Positions 11,532 through 19,420 of a stretch of 64,000 nucleotides of DNA are shown here, piece after piece. The position numbers were made by a program, and so were the translations under genes. The notes below the pieces were generated by a model. The model saw only the letters and a list, made by a program, of their open reading frames with translations. It did no database searches and was not told the origin of the DNA. The DNA is from a virus (lineage: Duplodnaviria; Caudoviricetes), in IMG/VR virus record IMGVR_UViG_3300021387_000661, positions 224,001 to 288,000 of that record. The stretch is one strand, 5' to 3'. Position 1 is the first letter of the stretch; every line of letters begins with the position of its first letter.

Positions 11532-11567
11532 AAAACCACACCTTTGAAAAAAGATGTGGTTTTTTTT
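11532..11567 (+). terminator. Attenuator terminator 1
   Basis: AAAACCACACCTT / AAGATGTGGTTTT stem followed by T-run. Confidence 0.8.
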
Positions 11568-11576
11568 GATAAAATA

Positions 11577-11608
11577 TTTGGAAGTTTAAAAAAAAGTTGT
11601 TATATTTG
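11577..11608 (+). promoter_or_regulatory. Bacteroidota primary-sigma promoter (-33 TTTG, -7 TATATTTG); further copies near 15010, 17255, 19374, 24785, 47308, 50490, 57182, 59480, 62021
   Basis: Matches the Bacteroides TTTG / TAnnTTTG consensus at about 20-nt spacing, always intergenic. Confidence 0.85.
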
Positions 11609-11757
11609 TAGTGTTGAAAGTTCATTAAAATAAAGCCAATCCGCCCAGTCGGAAAAGTAAGATTATGGAAACATCCATGTGGGATGGTTTACGAATCATC
11701 AACACCGTCGATTCGGGACTTCTGAAATAAAAAAGTGGTACTTGACTTAAATTGATT

Positions 11758-11830
11758 GCAACCTTGGCGCAGTGGCTAGCGCAACTGACTTTTAATCAGT
11801 GGGTCTCGGGTTCGAATCCCGAAGGTTGCA
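11758..11830 (+). tRNA. tRNA-Lys(TTT)
   Basis: Cloverleaf; ACTGA ctTTTaa TCAGT. Confidence 0.92.
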
Positions 11831-12027
11831 CACAAAACATAAATTTATTTTGATATTTGAAAAATTTATGTTATATTTGTAATACACGTACCCAGGTTGA
11901 GATAAATTTTGCAAGAATTTATAATATAATTACTGATTCCCTGGGTTTTAAAATCCACAATGGCAGATGCGCACAGTCCCGGAGTGGTTGAGTGAGGAGG
12001 ACTTGCAATAACCTCCAAACAAAAGGA

Positions 12028-12103
12028 AGTCTTGTAGTTTAATGGTAGAATGCCTGCCTCGAAAGCAGGAGATGGATGCAGGGTTCGAATCCCCCCAAGA
12101 CAA
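12028..12103 (+). tRNA. Atypical tRNA, anticodon CGA (Ser-like)
   Basis: CCTGC ctCGAaa GCAGG; GGTTCGAATCC; first pair mismatched, odd variable region. Confidence 0.6.
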
Positions 12104-12127
12104 CAAAGTTAGTTCATTGAAAATATT

Positions 12128-12293
12128 GCCCTGGTGGTGGAATGGTAGACACGAGGGACTTAATTAGCAGAGTAAACTGTCTTAAAAAATCTTGTTTGGA
12201 AAATATAGGAACTTTGACAGGTTCAAATCCTGTTTCCAGACCAATCCCTTGGCCTGCAAGGCCTTGCGGGTTCGACTCCCGCCCGGGGCACCA
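12128..12293 (+). tRNA. tRNA-Leu(TAA) interrupted by 79-nt insert (12164-12242)
   Basis: Leu-type D and variable arms; removing the insert gives AGGGA ctTAAaa TCCCT; encoded CCA. Confidence 0.85.
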
Positions 12294-12355
12294 ACATAGT
12301 TGATTCTGACTGTTGTCAGACTTGAGGTTAATGACAGGACCTTCAACTATTAAAT

Positions 12356-12434
12356 GCGGGTGTATCGCCACTGTCTTATACACAGTCATTAACAGCGTAA
12401 TTGGTGTATGGGGGTTCAAGTCCCTCCACCCGTA
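12356..12434 (+). tRNA. D-armless tRNA-Ile(TAT) with long variable region
   Basis: GCGGGTG/CACCCGT acceptor; ACTGT ctTATac ACAGT; normal T arm. Confidence 0.7.
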
Positions 12435-12629
12435 CAAGCTTATTTGAAACAGCACTGGTACAAGGATCCATACCAGTAAAGATGAGATGGTAGCGCTGAA
12501 GTCTACGAACCTTAACAGGAAGTATCCGGATTCAAACTCCTGTCCTGTGTTACGGAACCAGTCTGGGTCACCAGGGTTTAATTGGGATGGAAACACCCAA
12601 GGAAGAGAAACCACCTTATGCTGTTATAT

Positions 12630-12701
12630 GCTTCCATAGGTCAACGGATAGACTGACTCTCCCCTAAAGAGTAGATACATGTTCAATTCATGTTGGGAGT
12701 A
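12630..12701 (+). tRNA. tRNA-Arg(CCT)
   Basis: ACTCT ccCCTaa AGAGT (C33). Confidence 0.8.
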
Positions 12702-12713
12702 CAAAACATAAAT

Positions 12714-12787
12714 GGCCCCTTAGCTCAGCGGATCAGAGCAACAGCCTTCTAAGCTGTGGGTCCTGCGTTCGAATCGCAGAGGGGTCA
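12714..12787 (+). tRNA. tRNA-Arg(TCT)
   Basis: ACAGC ctTCTaa GCTGT. Confidence 0.92.
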
Positions 12788-12807
12788 CAAAAAAAGTTTA
12801 AAAGATA

Positions 12808-12834
12808 ATGAGACAGTATAAACATAAACAGTAG
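12808..12834 (+). CDS. Leader peptide 3 (MRQYKHKQ) upstream of two tRNA-Lys(TTT)
   Basis: A-rich initiation context, two AAA codons, followed by mutually exclusive helices. Confidence 0.6.
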   Translation: MRQYKHKQ

Positions 12835-12885
12835 TTGTGTTGGTATCATCCAGAAAGATGAGACCAACCAAGTCATATATGGAAA

Positions 12886-12960
12886 GGTCTCGTGGCGCAA
12901 CTGGATGAGCGCACCTGTCTTTTAAACAGGGTGTTATGGGTTCGAGTCCCATCGGGACCA
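12886..12960 (+). tRNA. tRNA-Lys(TTT)
   Basis: CCTGT ctTTTaa ACAGG. Confidence 0.9.
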
Positions 12961-12969
12961 CAAGGTATT

Positions 12970-13042
12970 GGCCTTGTAGCTTAGATGGTAGAGCACCACC
13001 CTTTTAAGGTGGGAGTCGTGGGTTCGAGCCCCACCGGGGTCA
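12970..13042 (+). tRNA. tRNA-Lys(TTT)
   Basis: CCACC ctTTTaa GGTGG. Confidence 0.9.
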
Positions 13043-13267
13043 CAAAGATTAAAGTTTGAAATATATGGGTGGCTTGCATGCAGTTCTTGATAAGTCAGAT
13101 ATAGTACTTACTGATACTGTCTTGAACCAGAGTAAAAAGACCGGTACCTGATTGCAATAAGTTCCCACCCACCCTTTACCTGACAGGTCGAGCGTGATAT
13201 GGTCGCCTGTATTCACCAGACGTGGAGAAGAGACATTGAAACTCTGTCAGGTTTTTAATAGATTATT

Positions 13268-13624
13268 ATGGAAAAGAAACCAAAGATAAAGTGGAAGAAT
13301 TTTAAAATCTGGATCAAAGACCAGTTCAAGAGGAAGACCTGGTTCAGAAACTTTTTCATCACTGGGAATGCCTGGGGAGGGTTCAGTATCAACTCTCACA
13401 TCAACCAACATACAGGTGAACCAAAGATAACATACAATCATCTTGAATCCGCCCAGAAGGCTGCTGACAAGATGGGACAGAAACACAACACACACTTCAG
13501 TGTTTACAAGTGTCTTTACTGTGATGGTTATCATATTGGAAAGAACAGGGAGAACAAGACAGATTATGACAAGAAGGTAGTTACAAATGTTGAAGTAAAA
13601 GACAAGACTTTAATACTTAAATAA
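13268..13624 (+). CDS. Hypothetical basic protein with YKCxxCxGYHIG zinc motif
   Basis: ORF translation. Confidence 0.7.
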   Translation: MEKKPKIKWKNFKIWIKDQFKRKTWFRNFFITGNAWGGFSINSHINQHTGEPKITYNHLESAQKAADKMGQKHNTHFSVYKCLYCDGYHIGKNRENKTDYDKKVVTNVEVKDKTLILK

Positions 13625-13625
13625 G

Positions 13626-14078
13626 ATGAACACACTTGAAAATACAATTCAGAAGGATCTGGTTCAGGCAATGAAGAACCATCAGGAACACACTGTTGCA
13701 GCATTGAGGTCTGTTAAGACTGCCATTATGGAAGTGAAGACCGCTGCCAATGGTAAGAAGGATTTGGAAGATGGTGACATTGTGAAGATCATCCAGAAGT
13801 TAGTTAAGCAAAGGAAGGAGAGTATGGACATCTATTCCCAGGCAGGTAGGCATGAACTTGCAGACAATGAGCAGCAGGAGATGTTTGTGTTGATGAACTA
13901 TCTTCCAAAGATGCTCACTGAATCAGAGGTGGAGGAAATTGTTGTGAAGACGATCGCAGACCTTGGTGCAACCTCAATGAAAGATATGGGAAAGGTGATG
14001 GGATTCATCAATAAGACTTATGCTGGACAGGTGGATGGTTCTATGGTATCAAGAATTGTTAAATCTAAATTAGGATAA
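13626..14078 (+). CDS. yqeY: GatB/YqeY domain protein
   Basis: AMK..LRSVK, KLVKQRKES..Y..AGR.ELA..E, YLPK, DMGKVMG. Confidence 0.9.
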   Translation: MNTLENTIQKDLVQAMKNHQEHTVAALRSVKTAIMEVKTAANGKKDLEDGDIVKIIQKLVKQRKESMDIYSQAGRHELADNEQQEMFVLMNYLPKMLTESEVEEIVVKTIADLGATSMKDMGKVMGFINKTYAGQVDGSMVSRIVKSKLG

Positions 14079-14491
14079 TATGGCAAAGTTTGTTGTTTAT
14101 GCTCATGACAAGACTGATGTAGAATCAAATCTCATCTATGTATGTACCTGTGACACCAAAAATATGGCAAAGAGTATTACAAGTGCTATGAGGTTCAGGG
14201 ATTCCGGTGGAAGGAATGATGGGTCGGGTTTATATGATTATTATGTTAGAAAAGAAGATTGGATAGTATGAAAACCTGGATTATAGTTTTAGCAATTGTA
14301 TTTGTTGTTTTAAAGTTAGTTCAGCGGTTTCTTGCAAACTATATCAGAAATGACAGATTGGAAAGTGTAAAATACTACTTTCTTGATGGTGCAACAACAC
14401 TTGGGGTGATACATGGACTTGTTTCTTTATTTTGTATATTGGTTGGTTGTACAGATTTGATTTTATTGTTTATTTATTTGTTGAATTTAGT

Positions 14492-14983
14492 ATGAAGAAT
14501 ATAGCATTGGTTGCCCATGATGGAAGAAAGAAAGAATTGATGGAGTGGGTAAGGTATAATTGGGAAACTCTTTCAAAGCATAATTTATATGCAACTGGTA
14601 CAACTGGAAAATTGATTAGTGGTATTGAAGTGGATCTTGGATTTGGTGGTGGAGAAGGAGTTTATAGGAGACAGATTGAGTATCCTTTGAGGAGTAAAGT
14701 AACATGTCTCAAATCTGGTCCACTTGGTGGAGATCAACAGATTGGAGCAATGATTGCAGAAGGAAAGATAGATGTATTGATATTTTTCTGTGACAATCTC
14801 ATTACACAAGGTCACCAGACAGATGTGTCTGCACTTACCAGACTTGCATCACTTTATAATATTGCATTTGCAACAAACAGGACAACTGCTGATATGATTC
14901 TTACATCACCATTGTTCAATGATGAAAATTATAAGATGATTGTTCCTGATGTGATTGAGAAATATAAAAACAGACAAATTTAA
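14492..14983 (+). CDS. mgsA: Methylglyoxal synthase
   Basis: IALVAHD, ATGTTG, SGPLGGDQQIG, H.TDV.AL.R, ATN.TAD. Confidence 0.95.
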   Translation: MKNIALVAHDGRKKELMEWVRYNWETLSKHNLYATGTTGKLISGIEVDLGFGGGEGVYRRQIEYPLRSKVTCLKSGPLGGDQQIGAMIAEGKIDVLIFFCDNLITQGHQTDVSALTRLASLYNIAFATNRTTADMILTSPLFNDENYKMIVPDVIEKYKNRQI

Positions 14984-15083
14984 TAAAAACATAAATATTT
15001 TTATCTGGGATTTGGAAAATAAAATATTTTTTGTTATATTTGTATTGTTATTCAGAAAGAGTTCTTTGAATTTAGAAATATAT

Positions 15084-15420
15084 AGGTCTTGTTGATGCTT
15101 TCAGGAAAGACTGTAGGACAAGGGTTCGAGTCCCTTCAGGTCCACAAATAAACACACTTAAGTCATCGGAGTACGCCTCTGTAATGATTGAGGAATTCAC
15201 TAAACGGTGTGGAAAATCAGGTTGAGTAGGCTTCGTATCTCAACCAACTTTGGGCCTGCCTGGTTTTGACTGCTTTTGAGTATGGAGAGTGGAGAGGTCT
15301 ATTGCCAATAACTGGCAAAAACAACGGTTTCTCTGTAAACTTTGGCCCTGTCGCACAGACAGCTACTCCAAAGGCTATGGTTGCTTTCGCTTAATTGCAG
15401 GCTTGAACATAGTAGATCTT
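15084..15420 (+). ncRNA. ssrA: Circularly permuted (two-piece) tmRNA; tag frame 15314-15394
   Basis: T-arm/acceptor 3' strand (GGAC..GGGTTCGAGTCCC..CAGGTCCA, ends 15144) precedes the 5' strand GGGCCTG..TTTTGAC (15252); G3.U70; resume context ATAACT-GGC; outer ends approximate. Confidence 0.85.
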
Positions 15421-15505
15421 TCACCAGGTGGATGATCCAGAGGGTTTCTCATTCCATCTTTCCAAATAAGATGGATACTTTGAAAGTTCTTTATAATAAA
15501 TATTT

Positions 15506-15681
15506 GGCCAGGTAGCTCAGCTGGTTTAGAGCAGCGGACTGTATAAGGAGTGGTTTACCGAAACAAACCAATCTGGTATAGTTTAATGGCAAAATGCCTC
15601 GGGTCGTAGATGATGGTGGTTCGATTCCACCTACCAGATCTAATCCGCGGGTCGTGGGTTCGAGTCCCTCCCTGGCCGCCA
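15506..15681 (+). tRNA. tRNA-Asn(GTT) interrupted by 98-nt insert (15543-15640) containing a tRNA-like fold
   Basis: Removing the insert gives GCGGA ctGTTaa TCCGC; G73; CCA. Confidence 0.85.
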
Positions 15682-15683
15682 AA

Positions 15684-15763
15684 GTACATAGGATGTAAGT
15701 GCACACATATGTTGGGTTCGGGTATGATTAACCCACAGAGGTTTGAGTCCTCTCTATGTACCA
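15684..15763 (+). ncRNA. tRNA-like RNA without a canonical anticodon loop
   Basis: GTACATAG/CTATGTAC stem, T-arm AGAGG tttgagt CCTCT. Confidence 0.5.
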
Positions 15764-15800
15764 AATATAAGTTCTTTGAAAAATAAAAACTTCATACAAT

Positions 15801-16071
15801 GGAGGAGTGGGAGAGTGGTTTATTCCAGCGGTCTTGTTAATTCGAGTGCTTCCAGAGGAATCTGGAAAGTAGAATTCCCCTAATTCGGTGGAACCTTAAC
15901 AGGTAATGCTGATGGTAATACCGAGCCAATGTTTAAAGACAGTGTGTAGAGACTTTACAGGGAACATCCAGAACGGATGAAGATAAAGTCCAGACCACAA
16001 TATGAAAGTAATGTGTGTAAGGAAAACCGCCGCTCCGAAAGGGGCCGTCGGTTCGAATCCGGCCTCCTCCG
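15801..16071 (+). tRNA. tRNA-Ser(TGA) with group I intron
   Basis: Spliced loop GCGGT ctTGAaa ACCGC; long variable arm; G73. Confidence 0.88.
15836..16021 (+). mobile_element. Group I intron (IC3-like, ORF-less, 186 nt)
   Basis: 5' exon ends in U, intron ends in G; P/Q/R/S-like AATTCGGTGGAAC, AATACCGAGC, GTAGAGACT, AAGATAAAGTCC. Confidence 0.88.
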
Positions 16072-16137
16072 CTAAATATACAAATTTCAAAAAAGTTTGT
16101 TATATTTATTAAGGTTTTGTTATGTGTTTGTTTGTTT

Positions 16138-16203
16138 AAAGATTCATACCGCAACAATTAAAAGCTCAAACTGATAATTTGATTACTTTCTTTTGAATCT
16201 TGT
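16138..16203 (+). repeat. AAAGAnnCATACCGCAACA...nnTCTTGT hairpin element (second copy 18481-18546)
   Basis: Two copies with compensatory closing stems (AAGATTC/GAATCTT; AAGAACC/GGTTCTT). Confidence 0.7.
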
Positions 16204-16259
16204 TTTCTTTAACAAACATAAATTTAACCAGGCTTTTATAAACAATTAATAATTAAAGT

Positions 16260-16886
16260 ATGAAGAAATTTTTAGTATTTCTTATGAGTATTATGCTCAT
16301 GATTGGTGTGAGTGCATGTACTTGCTCCCAGCAGAAGAAAACTTCTGAACTAAAGGCTGGTGAACTGGTTGTTGAGAATGTCATCTCCCTTGACCGTCAG
16401 GCAATGAACCTTGCACATGGTGGTAATTACAGGTGGTTTGAGACTGGTGTTCAGCTCAAGAACTTCCTTGATGAGGAAAATGATGGTACCATTGATTTGG
16501 TTGTCAATGTTTTCCAGGTAGTTGAGGAGTATGATTCTACAAGTTTTGATACCTTTGTTTACAAGTATCAGCACTTCTCTGATGGTTCATTTAATGAGGA
16601 AGGTGTTCATGGTTTCTGGGTTGAAGATTACCCTCTTGAGAATGAAGCAATCAAGGTAACCTTCAAGGAAGCTTTTGAAAAGGTCCAGGAAGTTAATCTC
16701 CCTAAACCTCACACCCGTCAGGTAGTATTGAGGAAGCAGGTTGGTCCTGTTGAGGCAAATCCTCAGTGGATTTTTGGTAACCTCCATTCACAGATTTATG
16801 TTGATGCTGTGACTGGTGCAGTTTCAAAGGACAATCCTGCATTCAATGGTCTCAATCTTGGTACACCTCTTGGTGAATGGCCTTAA
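16260..16886 (+). CDS. Putative lipoprotein
   Basis: Hydrophobic signal peptide with lipobox-like VSAC. Confidence 0.7.
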   Translation: MKKFLVFLMSIMLMIGVSACTCSQQKKTSELKAGELVVENVISLDRQAMNLAHGGNYRWFETGVQLKNFLDEENDGTIDLVVNVFQVVEEYDSTSFDTFVYKYQHFSDGSFNEEGVHGFWVEDYPLENEAIKVTFKEAFEKVQEVNLPKPHTRQVVLRKQVGPVEANPQWIFGNLHSQIYVDAVTGAVSKDNPAFNGLNLGTPLGEWP

Positions 16887-17097
16887 TAGAAATCGGTGAG
16901 GTAGTTAGTTTTGCACTCTCGTCATAAATAAAATGCAGACTTGGCAATCTGGAACAGACAGATATTACTATGATGTGACAAGGAAGTGGAATACTTGCGC
17001 CACGAGATAATATCAGATGGAGGAAAGAGGAAGGGTTCTTCGTAAAAGTTGCCCAATAGGGAATGGAGGTTCGAGTCCTCCCATCATAGCCAAACAT

Positions 17098-17172
17098 TGC
17101 GGGGTAGACTGGAGAGGTTCCAGCCCGGTCTCATAAGCCGGTCCACGTGGGTTCGAATCCCACCCACCGCTA
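17098..17172 (+). tRNA. tRNA-Met(CAT), initiator-like
   Basis: CCGGT ctCATaa GCCGG; 1:72 mismatch. Confidence 0.82.
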
Positions 17173-17321
17173 CTAAATGCCAGTATAAGACAGTATATAT
17201 GTAAGTTCAACTCTTACTATTGGCGCAAAAAAATACAAAATATTTTCATAAATATTTGGATATTTCAAATTTTTTTGTTATATTTGTATTGTTAAGTTCT
17301 TTGATAAATATTGTAAAAATA

Positions 17322-18395
17322 TAAGGGTGGGTTTCTCATCCTTCCTGTATCCTTCGGGAGAAAGGAGAAAGATAACCAGTGAATACATAAGCTGGGAAAG
17401 TCAGTGTGGCGCAATCTTGCCCCTGGCGGAGGAGTTTTCCTCTCTACAAGAAAACCAAGGCAGTCAGCATATCCTGGAATGGCAGGACACTGTGAAAGGG
17501 ATATGCGGGGGTTCTTACCAAGTCTCCTTGAGTGGTAACACTGACAAGTGCTGTTTTGCTTCCAGACAAGAAGATTACCAGTCTTATGGTTTGGATGACC
17601 AAAGTTTATTGATGTCCAAAAGGAATTACCAGATTCCTCTAACAGGTGGTGCTGAGATCAGAAATGGTTGGATGTTAGAATGAGTAGAATGAGTAACACA
17701 GCGGTGTGTGAAAATAGAAAGGCGATGTATCTAACCCTCTCAAAAGGAGGCAGGATAGCAAGGGCAACCTCGTCTTTCAAATGGTAGAGTGCTAAATGAT
17801 TCATTAAAGATTATGACCAAAATGATCAATAAAAAATTATTAAGCAAGCAAAAGTGTTGCCCACACTACAGGACAATATGGTTATGCTTCTGTGATATGA
17901 AGCCTTATGGAACTCGCAAGGTGAAGTAAGAGTATTGTAAGTAGGGACAATGCAAGAGGAGGCATCCTCTTAACTCGGCAGAGGTCTTTGGCTTGAACAC
18001 ATCTATATAATGTAGTGTAGTGACTGTGGTAGTCTTGGTGGAAACACCATAAATCCATCCATATCCTCCTTACCAGTAGCGATGCTGGTGTGTATAAACT
18101 CTGGGCGACCAGGGCTTGTCCTGAAAGGGAAGAGAACAGGAGGCGATTAGGGTCAACACTCAGCCCCAATCAAACAAAAATTTATTCAGTGTCAGTAACC
18201 AGTCTGGTATGGAAGAGCGAGACTTCCCCGAATAACAAAAGTCATTTCATAAAGGTACAGAACCTCTGCGAAATAGAACCACAAGGAGGGTTTTCCAAGG
18301 CCAGGGACTTGACTTGAAACATACTTTCTTGGGTTCTAAAGGAAGTTGAAGAGTGAGTTTGCATTCAGTCTATGAGTGGTTTTATCTCTTCATCC
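17322..18395 (+). ncRNA. Large structured ncRNA (about 1.07 kb), possibly GOLLD-like
   Basis: No credible ORF, raised GC, many short hairpins, own promoter plus boxA, abuts tRNA-Asp; family assigned from size and context only. Confidence 0.5.
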
Positions 18396-18397
18396 AT

Positions 18398-18472
18398 AGT
18401 GCGTTAGTTCAGCCTGGTTAGAATGCCACACTGTCACTGTGGAGGTCACGGGTCCGAATCCCGTACGCACTG
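18398..18472 (+). tRNA. tRNA-Asp(GTC)
   Basis: CCACA ctGTCac TGTGG. Confidence 0.92.
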
Positions 18473-18706
18473 CAAATGGTAAAGAACCATACCGCAACAT
18501 TTGAATGAAATACATTTTTGGGTTATGTAGCAATTTTGGTTCTTGTTTTTCCTTGTTTAGCAAAACAAGGTGGTGGAGTTGGGTGGAAACACTGTCCTCT
18601 GTGAGTGGTAATCTCACATAAATAACTTACCATTTATTTTGAAATTTTAATTTACATAAATATATTAGAAAGTAATTTACATAAATACTTTAAAAGAATA
18701 AAAATT

Positions 18707-18829
18707 ATGATGACATTGCATACACATATGGTATTTGCTGCTATTGCAGGTAAGCCAGGTTGCTACCGTTTTTGGGAACAACTCGGACAGAAGGGTGTGT
18801 GTATGTCATCTGAAAATGAAAAACAATAA
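18707..18829 (+). CDS. Leader peptide 2 (MMTLHTHMVFAAIAGKPGCYRFWEQLGQKGVCMSSENEKQ)
   Basis: 40-codon uORF; same ATG ATG ACA TT start and tandem upstream boxes as leader 1; alternative helices with the terminator. Confidence 0.75.
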   Translation: MMTLHTHMVFAAIAGKPGCYRFWEQLGQKGVCMSSENEKQ

Positions 18830-18883
18830 GTGGAGACCATTATAGGAGAAAGGTTAAAACTTAAACAAATATAGAAGAACGAC

Positions 18884-18923
18884 ATCTCACACAAATCACA
18901 AAAAGGTTTATGTGAGATTTTTT
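18884..18923 (+). terminator. Attenuator terminator 2
   Basis: ATCTCACA...TGTGAGAT stem plus T-run, 10 nt before tRNA-Pro. Confidence 0.78.
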
Positions 18924-18932
18924 AATTTATAT

Positions 18933-19008
18933 TGGGTAGTGCGGTAGTTGGTCACCGGCTGCATTTGGGATGCAGACATTCACGCAGGTTCGAGTCCTGT
19001 CTACCCAA
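18933..19008 (+). tRNA. tRNA-Pro(TGG)
   Basis: CTGCA ttTGGga TGCAG. Confidence 0.88.
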
Positions 19009-19018
19009 CAAAGTGAAT

Positions 19019-19093
19019 GGGCTGGGTAGTGTAATCTGGAAGCACATCACTCTGGCAGAGTGAAGGATGGGGTTCAAATCCCCCCTGTGTCCA
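19019..19093 (+). tRNA. tRNA-Ala(GGC), non-canonical acceptor stem
   Basis: TCACT ctGGCag AGTGA; G3.U70. Confidence 0.7.
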
Positions 19094-19115
19094 CAAAGAT
19101 AATAAAACAAAGTTT

Positions 19116-19358
19116 ATGGAGACACTCAAACAGATTGTAAAAGGTAGTGCAAAATTGGACTGCATCAAGAGTGGTGGTGTTGCTGAATACATCATTACAT
19201 CAGAAAGCAACAACAAATATATGTTGGAAATAGATTTATCTGATAAAGTTGATTGTGGAGAGAGTGCATCATTTATGCCTTTTTATGAGAAAGCTATAAT
19301 TCTTATGCGATGGATTCGTCGTGCGATGGATAAAGGTGAATTAATTGAACTTTGTTAA
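19116..19358 (+). CDS. Hypothetical protein
   Basis: 80-aa ORF with AT-rich leader. Confidence 0.7.
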   Translation: METLKQIVKGSAKLDCIKSGGVAEYIITSESNNKYMLEIDLSDKVDCGESASFMPFYEKAIILMRWIRRAMDKGELIELC

Positions 19359-19420
19359 AAAAATACTAAAAGATTTGGAAGTTTCAAATATTTTTGTTAT
19401 CTTTGCAGTAGAAAATAAAT

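Noticed and set aside
12835-12861. TAG read-through extension of leader 3 (LCWYHPER)
   Set aside because: The sequence is explained by the RNA hairpin and no amber suppressor is present.
17322-18395. rRNA fragment or group II intron
   Set aside because: No recognisable rRNA universal motifs, no GTGCG start or domain V, and no interrupted host gene.
16138-18546. CRISPR array
   Set aside because: Only two distant repeat copies, no regular spacers and no cas genes.
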